Shown piece by piece: positions 9,489 through 21,574 of a stretch of DNA of 64,000 nt. The translations under genes were made by a program, and so were the position numbers. Origin of the DNA: a virus; the IMG/VR virus record IMGVR_UViG_3300045119_000205, positions 4,462 to 68,461 of that record; one strand, 5' to 3'. A model generated the notes under the pieces. The model saw nothing but the letters and a program-made list of their open reading frames with translations, was not told the origin of the DNA and searched no databases. Position 1 is the stretch's first letter. Each line of letters opens with the position of its first letter.

Positions 9489-10222
9489 GCGACGATCCGG
9501 TTTGGCGCGCCCAGGTCGGGCTGCCGCGCGGGTTCCGGCAGGTGCCCCAGACCGGGATCGGCACCTACAGCCTGACCATCCAGCTTACGGTGCTGCCGCC
9601 GCTGGTCGCCACCCCCAACCCGATCTATGGCGCGGGCACCCTTGGCTTGGCGCCTGCCAGCGTGGACAACACCTATCTGGCCCCGATGCTGGCGCAGGGC
9701 CTGAAGGGGAGCCTGTCCAGCACGCCCGCGCAGCCAGAGGATCTCTCTGTCGGGCAGGTGACCACCCTGCTGGGCGGCCCGTTCCTGACAGCAGCCACTG
9801 GCAGCGTTGATAACATCAACCTGTCGCTCGCGCCCGCGCTGACGCTGAAAGGCAACAACACGGCCACAACGGGGCCGGTGTTGGACCTGACCACGGCGCA
9901 GACCAACACGCTGCTGGGCGGCCCGTTCCTGGCTTTGACCGGGGGCACCATCAATGGAACGGTCACGATAAGCCCGACGCTCACCGTCCCCTCGGGCGGA
10001 ACCCTGGTGGTGAACGCGGGAGGCACGCTGACGGCGGCCGGGGTGATCAACGCGACGGGCACCCTGACGACATCGGGCACCACCAACATGACCGGGCCGG
10101 TGAACGTCTCGGGCACCCTGACCACCTCGTCGCGGGTGGTGCTGACGGGCCTGCCGACCAGTGCGGCCGGGCTGGTCGCCGGGCAGCTTTGGCGCAACGG
10201 CACCGTGATAAATATCGTGTAG
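9485..10222 (+). CDS. tail fibre-like protein
   Basis: ATGA-coupled start; Thr/Gly-rich beta repeats; C-terminal LPTSAAGLVAGQLWRNG. Confidence 0.6.
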   Translation: MSDDPVWRAQVGLPRGFRQVPQTGIGTYSLTIQLTVLPPLVATPNPIYGAGTLGLAPASVDNTYLAPMLAQGLKGSLSSTPAQPEDLSVGQVTTLLGGPFLTAATGSVDNINLSLAPALTLKGNNTATTGPVLDLTTAQTNTLLGGPFLALTGGTINGTVTISPTLTVPSGGTLVVNAGGTLTAAGVINATGTLTTSGTTNMTGPVNVSGTLTTSSRVVLTGLPTSAAGLVAGQLWRNGTVINIV

Positions 10223-10232
10223 GAAGGGCGGC

Positions 10233-10826
10233 ATGAGCGAAAGCTTTATGGTTCATCCGCTGCTTCTGAGCAGCGACCCGGTGGAGGATATGGAAGCGTC
10301 CACCAAGCGTTATTCCGACGCGCAGGATGCGCTGGTGCGCGACTACGCCGATGCGCAGGATGTGGCACAGGCGACCGGCATCACCGACGGTAGCGACGCG
10401 CAGCCGGGCGAGATCGGTGAATATATCGTTGTCGATAACATGGTCGGCGTCACACCCCCGGCCAACGTCCCCATGCAGGTGTGCGCCATCGCTTTGCCGC
10501 CAGGGTGCTGGGAGGTCTGGGGCACGTGCGACTTCACCATCGCTGCTATCGGTGCTGATCCCCAGGTGGTGCCGGTGCAGCCAAACCAATTGGGTTCCAG
10601 CATCAGCGTCACCACTGACTCCCTGCCGACCGACGAAGAACTGATCCTGGGCACGGGGGTGATGAACCTGATTTATTCACCGCTCGCCGCCGGGCAGCGG
10701 CAGGTGCTGATCACCGGCCAATGCCGCAGCAATTCCACCGATCCGGTCACGCTGTATCTGGTGGCCGCCGTGGGGTCGGCCAATGCGACGGTGAAGGGCT
10801 ATGTCAGCGCGCGGCGTGTGCGATGA
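10233..10826 (+). CDS. tail-associated protein
   Basis: [27 protein letters not shown], ends SARRVR. Confidence 0.6.
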   Translation: MSESFMVHPLLLSSDPVEDMEASTKRYSDAQDALVRDYADAQDVAQATGITDGSDAQPGEIGEYIVVDNMVGVTPPANVPMQVCAIALPPGCWEVWGTCDFTIAAIGADPQVVPVQPNQLGSSISVTTDSLPTDEELILGTGVMNLIYSPLAAGQRQVLITGQCRSNSTDPVTLYLVAAVGSANATVKGYVSARRVR

Positions 10827-13501
10827 CCCATATCACCATTCCCCTGCTGCCCATGGCGGTTGCCCTTACCGGCAGCGAGCAGATGGAACTGGTGCAGAGC
10901 GGCACCAGCATGCGCGTCTCGGCGCGGCAGGTGGCGGCCCTGGCGCTGCCCTATTCGGGCACGCTCACCACGCTGACAGCGATCTCTCCGATCACCGCGT
11001 CCCCCAACCCGATCATCAACGAGGGCACGCTGGGCTTGGCGGCAGGGAGTGTGGACAACACCTATCTGGCGCCGATGGCCGGGCGCACCATCAAGGGCAA
11101 CGACGATACCCTGGTGCTGCCCGCGCGGGACATGTCGGTGCAGGACACGATGGCCCTGCTGGACGCGGCGCCGCTCAACTCGCCGCAGTTCTACAATTTC
11201 CCGTCCGCGCCGACACCCCCGCCAGGGGATGTCTCAACCCGGCTGGCTACCACGGCCTTCGTGGACGCGATCCCGCGCGGCGGCACGGTAACCAGCGTTG
11301 ACGTGACGGGCGGCACCACGGGCCTGACCACGAGCGGCGGCCCGATCACCACCAGCGGCAGCATCGCGCTGGGCGGCATCCTGTCCATTTCCAGCGGCGG
11401 CACCGGGCAGAACACCTCGACCGGCGCGTTCAACGCGCTCTCTCCGATCACCAGCCAGGGCGACCTGATTGTCGGCGCGGGGCTGAATTTCGCCGCGCGG
11501 CTGCCCATCGGCACCAACGGGCAGGTGCTGCAATCGAACGGCAGCACGGCGACCTGGGCGGCGGCTCCGTCTACCGTGGCGCCCTACAACACCAACCCCG
11601 CCATGAACGGCGCCGCCGCGCCGGGCGTGTCGCTGCTGTATTCACGCGGCGACCACGTTCACCCGAGTGATTCCACCAAGCTGTCTTCGGTTGTTGGCGT
11701 CGGCGGCATCAGCGTCAGCAACGGCAACACCATTACCAACACTGGTGTTCTTTCCATTGATACCGCAGCGGGCGCTTTCGCTCTCGGCGCCGGGCTGGTG
11801 CGGAACACGCAGACGCTGGCGGTGAAACCCGCCACGACACTGGCGCTGGGCGGGGTGATCGCTGGCTCGGGAATTACGATTGACGCTGCTGGCGTGATCA
11901 CCACGGCCTCTGTCGGCATCATTCCCAGCGGCACAAATCCGGTGATGGACAGTGTCGCCAACCCCGGCACGCTCGCGACCTATTCACGCGGGGATCATAT
12001 TCACCCCAGCGACACCAGCCGTTACGCGGCAACCAACCCGGCAGGCTACATAACCTCTGCCAGCATTCCCGCGTCACTGCCGCCATCGGGCGCCGCAGGC
12101 GGGGATCTGACGGGTACCTATCCCGCACCGACGTTGGTGAACACCACCGTGGCGCCGGGCAGCTATACCAACACGTCACTCACCGTGGACGCGAAAGGCA
12201 GGATCACGACTGCCAGCAGCGGCTCCGCATCAACAGGCACCGTGCAGAGCGTCAGCTTCACGGGCGGCATCATCACGGTCGCAACCCCGACGACAACGCC
12301 CGCGATGACGGTCGCGGGCACGCAGGGCGGCATACCGTATTTCAGCGGCGCATCCACGTGGGCGACGACGGCCCAGATGGCGCAAAACAACCTTATGGTT
12401 GGCGGCGGTAATTTCGCGCCAACAACCATGCCCTACTACAGGGTGGACGGGTCTGGCGGAATGACGCTGGGCCAGACCACCGGCCCCGGCGGTGTTCTTA
12501 CCCTTTGGGGGTCGGCCAGCGGATCGGTCGCGATCAAGAGCCTGGGCGCCGTCACCACCTACAATTTCAATCTGCCGGTGTCCGCTGGCACTGCTGGTCA
12601 GGCGCTCACATCGCAGGCGGGTGGCGCCAATTCGATGACGTGGGCCGATGTACCGCAGGGGACGGTGCAAAGCATCACCGCAGCGGGCGTGCTGACCGGC
12701 GGGGTGATTACCAACACCGGTACAATCAGGCTGGACGTTGGCTCTGGCATCACCAACAACGCTGGCACAATCAGCAACAGTGGCGTGCTGTCGGTCGATG
12801 GCGCGAATGGCGCGCTGTCTCTCGGCGCCGGGCTGGTGCGGAACACACAGACGCTGGCGGTGAAGCCCGCCACCTCGCTCGCCTTGGGCGGGGTGATCGC
12901 GGGCACCGGCATCACCGTCGATGTCAACGGGGTGATCAGCACCGCAGGCGGTACCGGCGGCAGCGCCTCGATCACCGTGAGCGACACGCCGCCCGCGCTG
13001 ACCAACGGGGCAATGTGGTTCGATAGCGTATCAACCCAGCTCTACATCGGCTATGCCGATCCCAACTCGACGCAGTGGGTAACCGCCAACAACGCCAATG
13101 CCGGGGGTCCCATCGGGTTCGGCCAGCTACCCGTCAGCGTGCAGCAACTGCCGGTCAGCTTCCCGTTCGCGGGCAAGCCTGCGGGGTTGGTCAATGTGCC
13201 GATGGCGTTTGCCGTCACCGTTCCCGCAGCGCTCGCGGGCAGCGTGGTTTACTATACGACCCTGCCGACCGCGACAACGGGCAGCCCTGTGATCTTCACC
13301 CTGAACAAAATCTCGGGCATCACCACCATCGTCCTGGGCACGATTTCTATCGGACTGAGCGGCACGTCGCATACTTATTGCGCCCTGGCCGGTGCGGGTG
13401 GCTCGTTGGCGGTAGGTGATGTGTTGCAGATCGTCGCGCCCTCGACACAGGACGGAACTCTTGCTGATATCGGAATAACAATCATGGCAGCGAGGACGTA
13501 G
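10823..13501 (+). CDS. long tail fibre protein
   Basis: ATGA-coupled; [38 protein letters not shown] fibre motifs. Confidence 0.75.
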   Translation: MTHITIPLLPMAVALTGSEQMELVQSGTSMRVSARQVAALALPYSGTLTTLTAISPITASPNPIINEGTLGLAAGSVDNTYLAPMAGRTIKGNDDTLVLPARDMSVQDTMALLDAAPLNSPQFYNFPSAPTPPPGDVSTRLATTAFVDAIPRGGTVTSVDVTGGTTGLTTSGGPITTSGSIALGGILSISSGGTGQNTSTGAFNALSPITSQGDLIVGAGLNFAARLPIGTNGQVLQSNGSTATWAAAPSTVAPYNTNPAMNGAAAPGVSLLYSRGDHVHPSDSTKLSSVVGVGGISVSNGNTITNTGVLSIDTAAGAFALGAGLVRNTQTLAVKPATTLALGGVIAGSGITIDAAGVITTASVGIIPSGTNPVMDSVANPGTLATYSRGDHIHPSDTSRYAATNPAGYITSASIPASLPPSGAAGGDLTGTYPAPTLVNTTVAPGSYTNTSLTVDAKGRITTASSGSASTGTVQSVSFTGGIITVATPTTTPAMTVAGTQGGIPYFSGASTWATTAQMAQNNLMVGGGNFAPTTMPYYRVDGSGGMTLGQTTGPGGVLTLWGSASGSVAIKSLGAVTTYNFNLPVSAGTAGQALTSQAGGANSMTWADVPQGTVQSITAAGVLTGGVITNTGTIRLDVGSGITNNAGTISNSGVLSVDGANGALSLGAGLVRNTQTLAVKPATSLALGGVIAGTGITVDVNGVISTAGGTGGSASITVSDTPPALTNGAMWFDSVSTQLYIGYADPNSTQWVTANNANAGGPIGFGQLPVSVQQLPVSFPFAGKPAGLVNVPMAFAVTVPAALAGSVVYYTTLPTATTGSPVIFTLNKISGITTIVLGTISIGLSGTSHTYCALAGAGGSLAVGDVLQIVAPSTQDGTLADIGITIMAART

Positions 13502-13503
13502 AT

Positions 13504-13905
13504 ATGACTTTGCAATATGGCGTGGCGGTGCGAAATGCGCAGGCGACGTGTCTCCAGACGACGCCCGCCACGTCGTCGCCATGCAACCTGAAGATCTGGG
13601 CGGCAACCACTACGCCAGCCAATTGTGGCGCGCCCGACACCGGGGCCAGCAATGTGACGCTTGCCACGATCCCCTTGCCAGCGACGTTCCTGACCGCGTC
13701 GGCGGGCGTCACGACGCTGGCGGGATCGTGGACGGTGGCGGCGTCCACCAGTGGGACCGCGCTCTATTTCAGGATCTACGACAACGGCGGAACCTGCCAC
13801 ATCCAGGGCAGTTGCGTGACCGACCTCGTGCTCAACAACACGTCCATCACTGCTGGGCAGACCGTTACGGTGAACACGTTTGGCGTCACCGTCAGCAATG
13901 CTTGA
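13504..13905 (+). CDS. small tail structural protein
   Basis: MTLQYGVAVRNAQ...GTALYFRI...LVLNNTSITAGQTVTV. Confidence 0.65.
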   Translation: MTLQYGVAVRNAQATCLQTTPATSSPCNLKIWAATTTPANCGAPDTGASNVTLATIPLPATFLTASAGVTTLAGSWTVAASTSGTALYFRIYDNGGTCHIQGSCVTDLVLNNTSITAGQTVTVNTFGVTVSNA

Positions 13906-13931
13906 TGTACGTTTGCTAGCAGGAACGTCAC

Positions 13932-16900
13932 ATGGCATTCCTGCTGATCACCTCGTCGCCGGGCGCCAACCAGAGCATCAACCTTCCGGCTGACTGGAAC
14001 CCTGCCAGCAATACCGTTGAGTGCATCGGGGCCGGGGCGCGCGGCGCCCACGGCTCTGGCACGACTGCGGGCGGCGGCGGCGGTGGCGGCGGTGCCTACA
14101 CCAAGGTCGTCAACATCTCGCTTGCCGCCAACACCGCCGTCACGGTGCGGGTCGGCGCAGCCAGCGGCACTGATGGCGGCGCGGGCGGTGATACGTGGTT
14201 CAATGACACGGTCTTTCCCACCACCGGCACCAACAAGGCCGGGGCCAAGGGCGGCGCGGCATTAGGCTCGGCAACCGCCACGGCGGGCGGTGTCGGCGGT
14301 GCAGCCTCGGCAGGCTACCCGACCAGCGGCACCGGGCTGATCCGCAACGATGGCGGCACGGGCGGCCTGGGCGTCCTGAACACGACGCCGGGCGGGGGTG
14401 GCGGCGCGGGTGGCTCAACCGGCGCTGGCGTCGTCGGCAACGCGGGTAACGCGGGTAGCAATCCTCGGCAAGGCGGCGCAGGCAGTGCCGGTGCGGGTGG
14501 CGCGGGCGGCGTCGGCACCAACTCGGCCTCGCCCGGTGCGGCAGGTGGCGCAGGCACAAATCTGTCGGGCGGCGTTGGTGCTGGCGGTGGCGGCGGCGGA
14601 AGCAGCGCCTCGCCTAGCACGGGCGGTGCGGGCGGCCTGTATGGCGGCGGTGGTGCGGGCGGCGGGCGCAACAACGGTGCAGGCGGCGCCGGGGCGCAGG
14701 GCCTCATCATCCTGTTCTGGAACCCGGTCACCATCGGCAACCTCACTGTCACTGAGGCTGTTGATACGATATTGGCTGGCGGGAGTGTCCCTTACGTCGG
14801 CAACCTCACTCAGACGGAAGCTGCCGACACCATCTCCTCGACCGGTACTGTGGCAACCCCCGGCGGGGCGCCGGTCAACGTCGCGGCTTCGGCCAATGGC
14901 GGAACGGCAGCGGCGTCGTCCACCGTTAATGCCAGCTTCCCCGCCAGCAACTGCATCTCCGGATCGCGCGACAGCACCAAGAACGGCGGCTGGGGTAATG
15001 GCGGCGGCTGGAACGACGGAACGCAGAACATCTGGCCCGACACGTTCGATGTCACTTTCAACGCGACCTACCAGATCAACGAGATCGATGTCATCACGCT
15101 GAAGGACCAATACACCGTCCCTGGCGTGCCCACGCTCACCGACACCTTCAACAGCTACGGCATCATCGATTTTCTGGTGCAGTACTGGGACGGCAGCAGC
15201 TTCCAGACCATCGCCACGGTCACCGCCAACAACAACGTCTGGCGACAGTTCCTCTTCACGCCGATATCGACCAACCAGATCCGCATCACCATCAACATGG
15301 GCGGGCAGGGCTACTCGCGGCTGGTCGAGATCGAGGCATGGACGGCGGGCGACGTTGGCACCGACATCACCGGCACCCTGACCCGCACAGAGGCGCCCGA
15401 CACTATCATTGCCGATGCGACGAATTTTGGTCCGGTTGCGGATATCTATCTCGTCACGTCCTATACGCCGCCTTACGACCGCAACGATTACGACGGCGGC
15501 GTCGGGATGGTCTTCCGGCCCGACCACAGTCAGACCTACAACAAGATCGGGCTTCAAAAGCACGCCGGGAATACCGGCAATCACACGGCCTATCTTTACG
15601 ACTACGACAGCGCCGTCCCCAAGACGCTGCTGCGTTCCGCCACGATTGACCTGACCGCAGGCACGGTGGGGAATTTCTACTACGCTGACATCGCGCCGTT
15701 CACGGTCAGCCCCACCACGCAATACGCCATAATGACTGACGTGGTGAACCTCGGGCAGGTGTGGGGCGAGCACGGTCCCACCGTCCTGACCAACGGCGCC
15801 TATGCCGTCTATGCCGCGTGCGACGTGGCGCGCACCTCGTGGGGCGTCAACGGTTCCGGCGAGCAATTCGCGGGCGTGGATCTGGCGTATGTGGCGCCCC
15901 CTACGGGGACCACCGGCAACCTGACGCAGACGGAAGCTGCCGACACCATCATCGCTGGCGGCAAGGTCGATATCAGCGGCGCGCTGACGCGGACGGAGGC
16001 TGCCGATACCATCATTGCCGGGGCCAAGGTCGATGTTGTTGGCACGCTGACGCAGACGGAGGCGCCGGATACCATCATCGCAAGCGGCGGCCCGCTTGTT
16101 TACGGCAACCTGACCCAAACCGAGATCCTCGATACCATCAGCGCTGGCGCCAAGGTCGATGTCGGTGGCGCGCTGACGCGGACGGAAGCGCCCGATACCA
16201 TCGTCGCTGGGGCGAAGGTCGATGTCGGTGGCGTGCTCACGCAGACGGAAGCCCCCGACACAATCATCTCTGCTGGCAAGGTCGATGTTGTCGGCGCGCT
16301 GACGCGCACGGAAGCTCCCGACACGATTTCTTCGGGCGGTACGGTTACCGGCGGCGCCGCGCCATGGACCCCGGCTGACCTGGGCACCGATTTGTGGGTG
16401 TGGCTGGATGCTTCTGACGTGGCCACAATCACGGTTACCGGCAGCGGCGTGTCGCAGTGGCTCGACAAATCGAGCTATGGTCGGCACGTCTTTCAAGAAA
16501 ATGATGGCAACCGCCCAGCCTATGTGACCGGCAAGGTCCAGCTATATGACCAGAAGGGGCTGCACCCCAACCCGCCGCCGTTCTATCCCGGCTCCGGCTA
16601 CGACTACATTCTCGTCGGCAAAGCCCTTGGCACGGGGACATATCATACGCTGCTTCTGACCGGCAGCAGCCAAAACATCTCCTTCTTGGTCGAGCCATCG
16701 AATATGGTCGGCGTCTGGTCAAATAGCTTTTTTCAAATAAATGGGCTGACATGGACGCCAGGAACAGACGCACTGTTCTACGGTTCAGTATCGCCGTCAT
16801 CGACTGCGGCGATGTCCAAGAACGGTGGCCCGCTGGCGTCGTCCGTTACTACATTTTATGACTCAACGCTGTCTTCCCTCGGCACGGTCAGCTATCCGCA

Positions 16901-17864
16901 GGGCTTTGGCGATCTCTACGAACTGATCTTTGTGCCGTTCACTTCGTCGGCCGACACGCGGCAGAAGCTGGAAGGCTATGTCGCGTGGAAGTGGAGCCTC
17001 GCCGGGCTGCTGCCTAGCGATCATCCCTACAAAGCCGCGCCGCCTACCGCCGGTCCTACCGGAACCACCGGCACGCTGAATGTCACTGAAGCTCCCGACA
17101 CCATCATCTCGGCCGGGTCGGTTCCCTATGTCGGGGCACTGACGCAGACAGAAGCCCCGGACACAATCGTCTCGGGCGGCAAGGTCGATGTCGGCGGGGT
17201 GCTGTCGGCAACAGAAGCTCCGGACACCATCAGCGCTGGCGGCACTGTTACCGGCGGCGCGCTGCCCCCTTATTTCAACGCAGCAAAGACCGGCCCAAGC
17301 ATTACATTGCAGAATAACAACCTGACCGCGATCAGACTTGCCTCATCGGGCACCTATGACAACACCTATACAACAACGACATCGGGCGCATCAAAAGTCT
17401 ACGTCGAGATACGCGCGGACACCTTAATCGATGTGGGCAGGAATGCGCTGGGCTTAGGATTGGACACGGGGCCGATCCTCGCCTCGTGGATCGGGGATAC
17501 CGCTTCCGCTTTCGGCTGGTATGGCGATGGCACGGTTTACAACGCCGCAGCGCTCGTCAGCGCTGCGCCAACCTATGCGGCCGGTCACTGGCTTGGCATC
17601 GCGCTGGATCGCCTGGGGCAGACCGTGCAGTTCAAGAACATCACCACTGCCAGCGCGTGGTCTGCTGCAATCAACGTCGCCTCTTTCGGTGTCGGTGATG
17701 TTGCCGTTCGCGCGACGCTTCAGAGCCAGAACCAGTCTTACACAGTCAATTTCAAAGGAACTTTTCTGGGGGCGCCCCCGGCGTCGGGTTATGCTCGATG
17801 GGACGGAACGGCGATTGATGCCAGCGCGGCGGTTGCGCAGGCGAGAGTGGTGGTGATGGCATGA
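13932..17864 (+). CDS. glycine-rich multi-domain adhesin/receptor-binding protein
   Basis: Gly-rich N-terminus, 13 LTxTEAxDTI repeats, discoidin-like, LamG-like and SPRY-like globular inserts. Confidence 0.7.
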   Translation: MAFLLITSSPGANQSINLPADWNPASNTVECIGAGARGAHGSGTTAGGGGGGGGAYTKVVNISLAANTAVTVRVGAASGTDGGAGGDTWFNDTVFPTTGTNKAGAKGGAALGSATATAGGVGGAASAGYPTSGTGLIRNDGGTGGLGVLNTTPGGGGGAGGSTGAGVVGNAGNAGSNPRQGGAGSAGAGGAGGVGTNSASPGAAGGAGTNLSGGVGAGGGGGGSSASPSTGGAGGLYGGGGAGGGRNNGAGGAGAQGLIILFWNPVTIGNLTVTEAVDTILAGGSVPYVGNLTQTEAADTISSTGTVATPGGAPVNVAASANGGTAAASSTVNASFPASNCISGSRDSTKNGGWGNGGGWNDGTQNIWPDTFDVTFNATYQINEIDVITLKDQYTVPGVPTLTDTFNSYGIIDFLVQYWDGSSFQTIATVTANNNVWRQFLFTPISTNQIRITINMGGQGYSRLVEIEAWTAGDVGTDITGTLTRTEAPDTIIADATNFGPVADIYLVTSYTPPYDRNDYDGGVGMVFRPDHSQTYNKIGLQKHAGNTGNHTAYLYDYDSAVPKTLLRSATIDLTAGTVGNFYYADIAPFTVSPTTQYAIMTDVVNLGQVWGEHGPTVLTNGAYAVYAACDVARTSWGVNGSGEQFAGVDLAYVAPPTGTTGNLTQTEAADTIIAGGKVDISGALTRTEAADTIIAGAKVDVVGTLTQTEAPDTIIASGGPLVYGNLTQTEILDTISAGAKVDVGGALTRTEAPDTIVAGAKVDVGGVLTQTEAPDTIISAGKVDVVGALTRTEAPDTISSGGTVTGGAAPWTPADLGTDLWVWLDASDVATITVTGSGVSQWLDKSSYGRHVFQENDGNRPAYVTGKVQLYDQKGLHPNPPPFYPGSGYDYILVGKALGTGTYHTLLLTGSSQNISFLVEPSNMVGVWSNSFFQINGLTWTPGTDALFYGSVSPSSTAAMSKNGGPLASSVTTFYDSTLSSLGTVSYPQGFGDLYELIFVPFTSSADTRQKLEGYVAWKWSLAGLLPSDHPYKAAPPTAGPTGTTGTLNVTEAPDTIISAGSVPYVGALTQTEAPDTIVSGGKVDVGGVLSATEAPDTISAGGTVTGGALPPYFNAAKTGPSITLQNNNLTAIRLASSGTYDNTYTTTTSGASKVYVEIRADTLIDVGRNALGLGLDTGPILASWIGDTASAFGWYGDGTVYNAAALVSAAPTYAAGHWLGIALDRLGQTVQFKNITTASAWSAAINVASFGVGDVAVRATLQSQNQSYTVNFKGTFLGAPPASGYARWDGTAIDASAAVAQARVVVMA
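15913..16345 (+). repeat. seven tandem 63-nt (21-aa) LTxTEAxDTI repeats
   Basis: Directly visible in both DNA and protein. Confidence 0.85.
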
Positions 17865-20125
17865 GCTACGATTTTCCCAGCCCGCCGACGGGCATCGGGC
17901 AGGTAGTCATCGGCGCGAATGGCGCGTCCTACATCTGGGACGGCACCAAGTGGGCCTCCAATGTCCCCGTCTCAGCGGGTGGCGGCGGCACGCCGAGTGA
18001 CGCCAACCCGGCCATGAACGGCACGGCGGCGCCGGGATCTTCGCTGCTGTATTCGCGCGGTGACCACGTTCATCCGGTCGATACCAGCCGCTACGCCGCC
18101 AGCAACCCATCCGGCTATCAGACGGCGGCGCAGGTGACGACCTCGCTGGGTCCCTATGCGCTGACATCCTCCGTGCCGGTTGCCTCCAGCACCACGCCTC
18201 TTATGGATGGCGCGGCGGCCATTGGTAGCGGAACCACATGGGCCAAAGCAGACCATGTGCATCCTGTCGATACCAGCCGCTACGCCGCCAGCAATCCAGC
18301 GGGTTACATAACATCCGCGAGCATCCCTGGCTCGCTGCCCCCGTCGGGCGCGGCAAGCGGCGACCTGACAGGTACCTATCCCGCGCCGACGCTGGTGACC
18401 ACTGCGGTGGGGCCGGGCAGCTACACCTACACCGCGCTCACCGTGGACGCGAAGGGCAGGCTGACGGCCGCCAGCAGCGGCGCAGCACCCCCTGCGGTGA
18501 ACACTGTGACCACCCCGCTTATGGATGGCACCGCTGCCATCGGCACGTTAACCACGTATGCGCGTCCTGATCATATTCATCCAGTTGACACCTCGCGGTA
18601 TGCAGCAACCAACCCAGCGGGCTACATAACCGCCGCGAGCATTCCGGCGTCGCTGCCGCCATCAGGCGCTGCAACCGGGGATCTGACCGGCACTTATCCC
18701 GCGCCGACACTGGTGACCACCACCGTTGCCCCAGGCAGCTATACCTACACCGCGCTCACTGTCGATACGAAAGGCAGGTTGACCGCTGCCAGCAGTGGTG
18801 TAGCGCCCCCTGCGGTGAACACCGTCACCACGCCGCTGATGGATGGCGTTGCCAACATTGGCACGCTAACCACATATGCGCGCCCCGATCACATTCATCC
18901 AGTTGACACCTCGCGCTATGCTGCCAGCAACCCGTCGGGTTACATAACCGCCGCAAGCATTCCGGCGTCGCTGCCGCCCTCGGGTACTGCAAGCGGAGAT
19001 CTGACCGGCACCTATCCCGCGCCGACATTGGTGACCACCGCCGTGGCAGCAGGCAGCTATACCTACACCACGCTCACTGTGGACGCGAAAGGCAGGCTGA
19101 CGGCCGCCAGCAGCGGCGTAGCACCACCTGCGGTGAACACCGTCACCACCCCGCTCATGGATGGCGTTGCCAACATTGGCACGCTAACCACGTACGCGCG
19201 TCCTGATCACATTCATCCAGTTGACACCTCGCGGTATGCCGCGACCAACCCGGCTGGGTACATAACTGCCGCGAGCATTCCCGCCTCATTGCCGCCATCA
19301 GGCACGGCAAGCGGCGACCTGACGGGCACCTATCCCGCGCCGACACTGGCGACCACTGCGGTAGCTGCGGGCGACTATACCCACACGTCACTCACTGTGG
19401 ATGCGAAAGGCAGGATCACGGCTGCCAGCAGTGGTACCGTGACGACCGGCACCGTGCAGAATGTCAGCTTCACTGGCGGCTTGATTTCGGTTGCAACACC
19501 GACCACGACGCCAGCGCTGACGGTTGCTGGCACGTCTGGCGGTATACCCTATTTTAGCAGTGCGACCGGGTGGGCCACGACGAATGCGCTGGGCGTCAAC
19601 CGGCTGGTAATGGGCGGCGGCGCTGGCGGCACTGGCCCGAAAACGTCCAACGCGATCAGTTCCGATGGCGCCGCTTCAATCATTGTCGGCCAGCTTGGTG
19701 TGAGCGATGGCGGCTATGTGGTGAACACTGCTAATGGCGGTATTGCCACAATCAAGAGCGCAACACCAAATATCTATAATTTCAACTTGCCGGATACCGC
19801 AGGCACAGCCGGTCAATTTCTCACGTCGGGAGGCGGCACCACCGCTCCGATGACGTGGAGCGCCCCGCCTATCGGCGGCGCCATCGTCAGCGACACGCCG
19901 CCCGCGTTCGCTTCGGGAACGCTGTGGTGGGACAGTGTGGGCGGGCAGATGTATATCGGGTTTTCCGATGCTAATTCGAACCAATGGGTGCCTGCCACGG
20001 CCCCTGCGCCGCGAGGCCCGACAGGGGCGACCGGGGCGGCCGGGCAATGGACCCAGATGACGCAGGCCGCCTATACGGCGCTGGGGGTTAAAGACCCCAC
20101 CCTGCTTTATGTGATTATCGGCTGA
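17861..20125 (+). CDS. repeat-containing tail fibre protein
   Basis: 106-aa tandem repeats; C-terminal [21 protein letters not shown]. Confidence 0.75.
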   Translation: MSYDFPSPPTGIGQVVIGANGASYIWDGTKWASNVPVSAGGGGTPSDANPAMNGTAAPGSSLLYSRGDHVHPVDTSRYAASNPSGYQTAAQVTTSLGPYALTSSVPVASSTTPLMDGAAAIGSGTTWAKADHVHPVDTSRYAASNPAGYITSASIPGSLPPSGAASGDLTGTYPAPTLVTTAVGPGSYTYTALTVDAKGRLTAASSGAAPPAVNTVTTPLMDGTAAIGTLTTYARPDHIHPVDTSRYAATNPAGYITAASIPASLPPSGAATGDLTGTYPAPTLVTTTVAPGSYTYTALTVDTKGRLTAASSGVAPPAVNTVTTPLMDGVANIGTLTTYARPDHIHPVDTSRYAASNPSGYITAASIPASLPPSGTASGDLTGTYPAPTLVTTAVAAGSYTYTTLTVDAKGRLTAASSGVAPPAVNTVTTPLMDGVANIGTLTTYARPDHIHPVDTSRYAATNPAGYITAASIPASLPPSGTASGDLTGTYPAPTLATTAVAAGDYTHTSLTVDAKGRITAASSGTVTTGTVQNVSFTGGLISVATPTTTPALTVAGTSGGIPYFSSATGWATTNALGVNRLVMGGGAGGTGPKTSNAISSDGAASIIVGQLGVSDGGYVVNTANGGIATIKSATPNIYNFNLPDTAGTAGQFLTSGGGTTAPMTWSAPPIGGAIVSDTPPAFASGTLWWDSVGGQMYIGFSDANSNQWVPATAPAPRGPTGATGAAGQWTQMTQAAYTALGVKDPTLLYVIIG
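18190..19435 (+). repeat. 318-nt tandem repeat, about 4 copies
   Basis: HPVDTSRY codons start at 18260, 18578, 18896 and 19214 (period 318). Confidence 0.9.
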
Positions 20126-20901
20126 TGGCGCTCATCAATGTCGCTAACAAAATCTACCTTGGCAGCACGGCGGTAAGCGCCGTCTATGCGGGCACGGTCA
20201 AGGTATGGCCGGTCGATCCCACCAGCATCGCCGGGCTGACGGTGTGGCTCGACGCTTCGCAGCTTGGGCTGGCGAATGGCGCGGCGGTTTCGCCATGGCC
20301 TGACCGGTCGGGGCTGGGCAATAACGGCGCCATCGTCGGAACGCCGCCGCCGACAGTGCGGACCAACGCGCTCAACGGCAGGCCGGTAGTGCGGCTTACC
20401 GCCAATCAGGGGGTGGTGCGCGGCAATACCTCACTGCTATCAAGCGGCCTGCCGAATCCAGGCAACAATTTCACCGTCATCTACGTGGCGCGCTGGGTCG
20501 GACCCGTCGCTGGGCGCATCCTTAGTGCCATGTATCCGCCGACGAATTGCTTGGTCGGCTTTCACAATGTCGGGCTTGATTCGTTTTACGACAACGGGTG
20601 GATCGGCAGCTACGTCGGTGGCTACTCCCTGCCGTCGCCGTGGATGAAGTATGGCTACACCGGGAACCACAACGGCACCGTTTATACCGGAACGGCATAC
20701 AAAAACGGTCTGGTGTTCGGCGTCAAGACAACGGCCAGCGACGGGTTCCAGGCGACATATGGCCTGTCTGGGGACAATGCGAGCGATGGCACGGAATCCA
20801 GCGACGCGGAGGTTGCCGAGTTTGTAATGTATAACCGCGCATTGACCGGTGCGGAGCGCATCACGGTCGAGACTTACCTCAGCAACAAGTGGGGTGTGTG
20901 A
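20125..20901 (+). CDS. LamG/ConA-like receptor-binding protein
   Basis: LTVWLDAS...WPDRSG...EVAEFVMYNRALT...ETYLSNKWG. Confidence 0.7.
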   Translation: MALINVANKIYLGSTAVSAVYAGTVKVWPVDPTSIAGLTVWLDASQLGLANGAAVSPWPDRSGLGNNGAIVGTPPPTVRTNALNGRPVVRLTANQGVVRGNTSLLSSGLPNPGNNFTVIYVARWVGPVAGRILSAMYPPTNCLVGFHNVGLDSFYDNGWIGSYVGGYSLPSPWMKYGYTGNHNGTVYTGTAYKNGLVFGVKTTASDGFQATYGLSGDNASDGTESSDAEVAEFVMYNRALTGAERITVETYLSNKWGV

Positions 20902-21356
20902 TGGCGCTGGACTTCCCAAATTCCCCAGCCAACGGCCAAACCTACGTGGTGGGTGGGGTAACTTGGACCTGGGACGGAACGAAGTGGATCGCTTCCAATG
21001 CCGCCACCGCGCCGACCGCGATGCCGTTCTTTGTTCCGGGGAAGCCTGTTGCCGGGGCCAAGTATCACATGGCCATGCCGTGGGTGCTTACCGTTCCGGT
21101 CGGGCTGGTGGGAAGCGTGCTCTTCACCAGCACGGCCGCGACGGGTTCTCCCGTGTTCACCGTCAATAAGGTTAGCGGTGGCACCACCACGGCGCTGGGC
21201 ACGATAACGGTAACGGCGGGTTCCGCGACCGGGCTGACGCTGGGGGGCGCTGGGGGCGCGCTGGCGATAGGCGACGCATTGCAACTGGTGGCGCCGGGGA
21301 CCCAGGATCTTACCCTGGCCGACATTTCCATCACCATACTGGGGGCGAGAGCATGA
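20901..21356 (+). CDS. fibre adaptor protein
   Basis: N-terminus paralogous to the 17861 gene; C-terminal domain paralogous to the end of the 10823 gene. Confidence 0.65.
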   Translation: MALDFPNSPANGQTYVVGGVTWTWDGTKWIASNAATAPTAMPFFVPGKPVAGAKYHMAMPWVLTVPVGLVGSVLFTSTAATGSPVFTVNKVSGGTTTALGTITVTAGSATGLTLGGAGGALAIGDALQLVAPGTQDLTLADISITILGARA

Positions 21357-21574
21357 GTGAATGGATCGGCGTTATCAGAAGCCTGAACACCGGCATGATC
21401 CTCGCCGTGATCAATCCCAACGACGACAGTGAACTGGACAACCCGCGCCTGTTGCTCATGCAGGGCACTGGCGAGCCGCTAATGATGGTGAAGGTGCCAA
21501 GAGGCGACTACATGGGCGCATTGTCGATGGATCAGGTGGCAGAGATTGTCGAACGGCTCACGAGCGCGCTGTGA
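21353..21574 (+). CDS. hypothetical protein (possible fibre chaperone)
   Basis: ATGA-coupled 73-aa ORF. Confidence 0.55.
   Translation: MSEWIGVIRSLNTGMILAVINPNDDSELDNPRLLLMQGTGEPLMMVKVPRGDYMGALSMDQVAEIVERLTSAL

Noticed and set aside
9470-9560. Possible frameshift fusing the 8787 and 9485 genes
   Set aside because: The junction is an ordinary ATGA overlap like many others here, and no slippery sequence is evident.
15913-19435. Repeats as a CRISPR array or DGR template/variable repeats
   Set aside because: They are in-frame coding repeats without unique spacers or adenine-specific variation, and there is no reverse transcriptase or cas operon.
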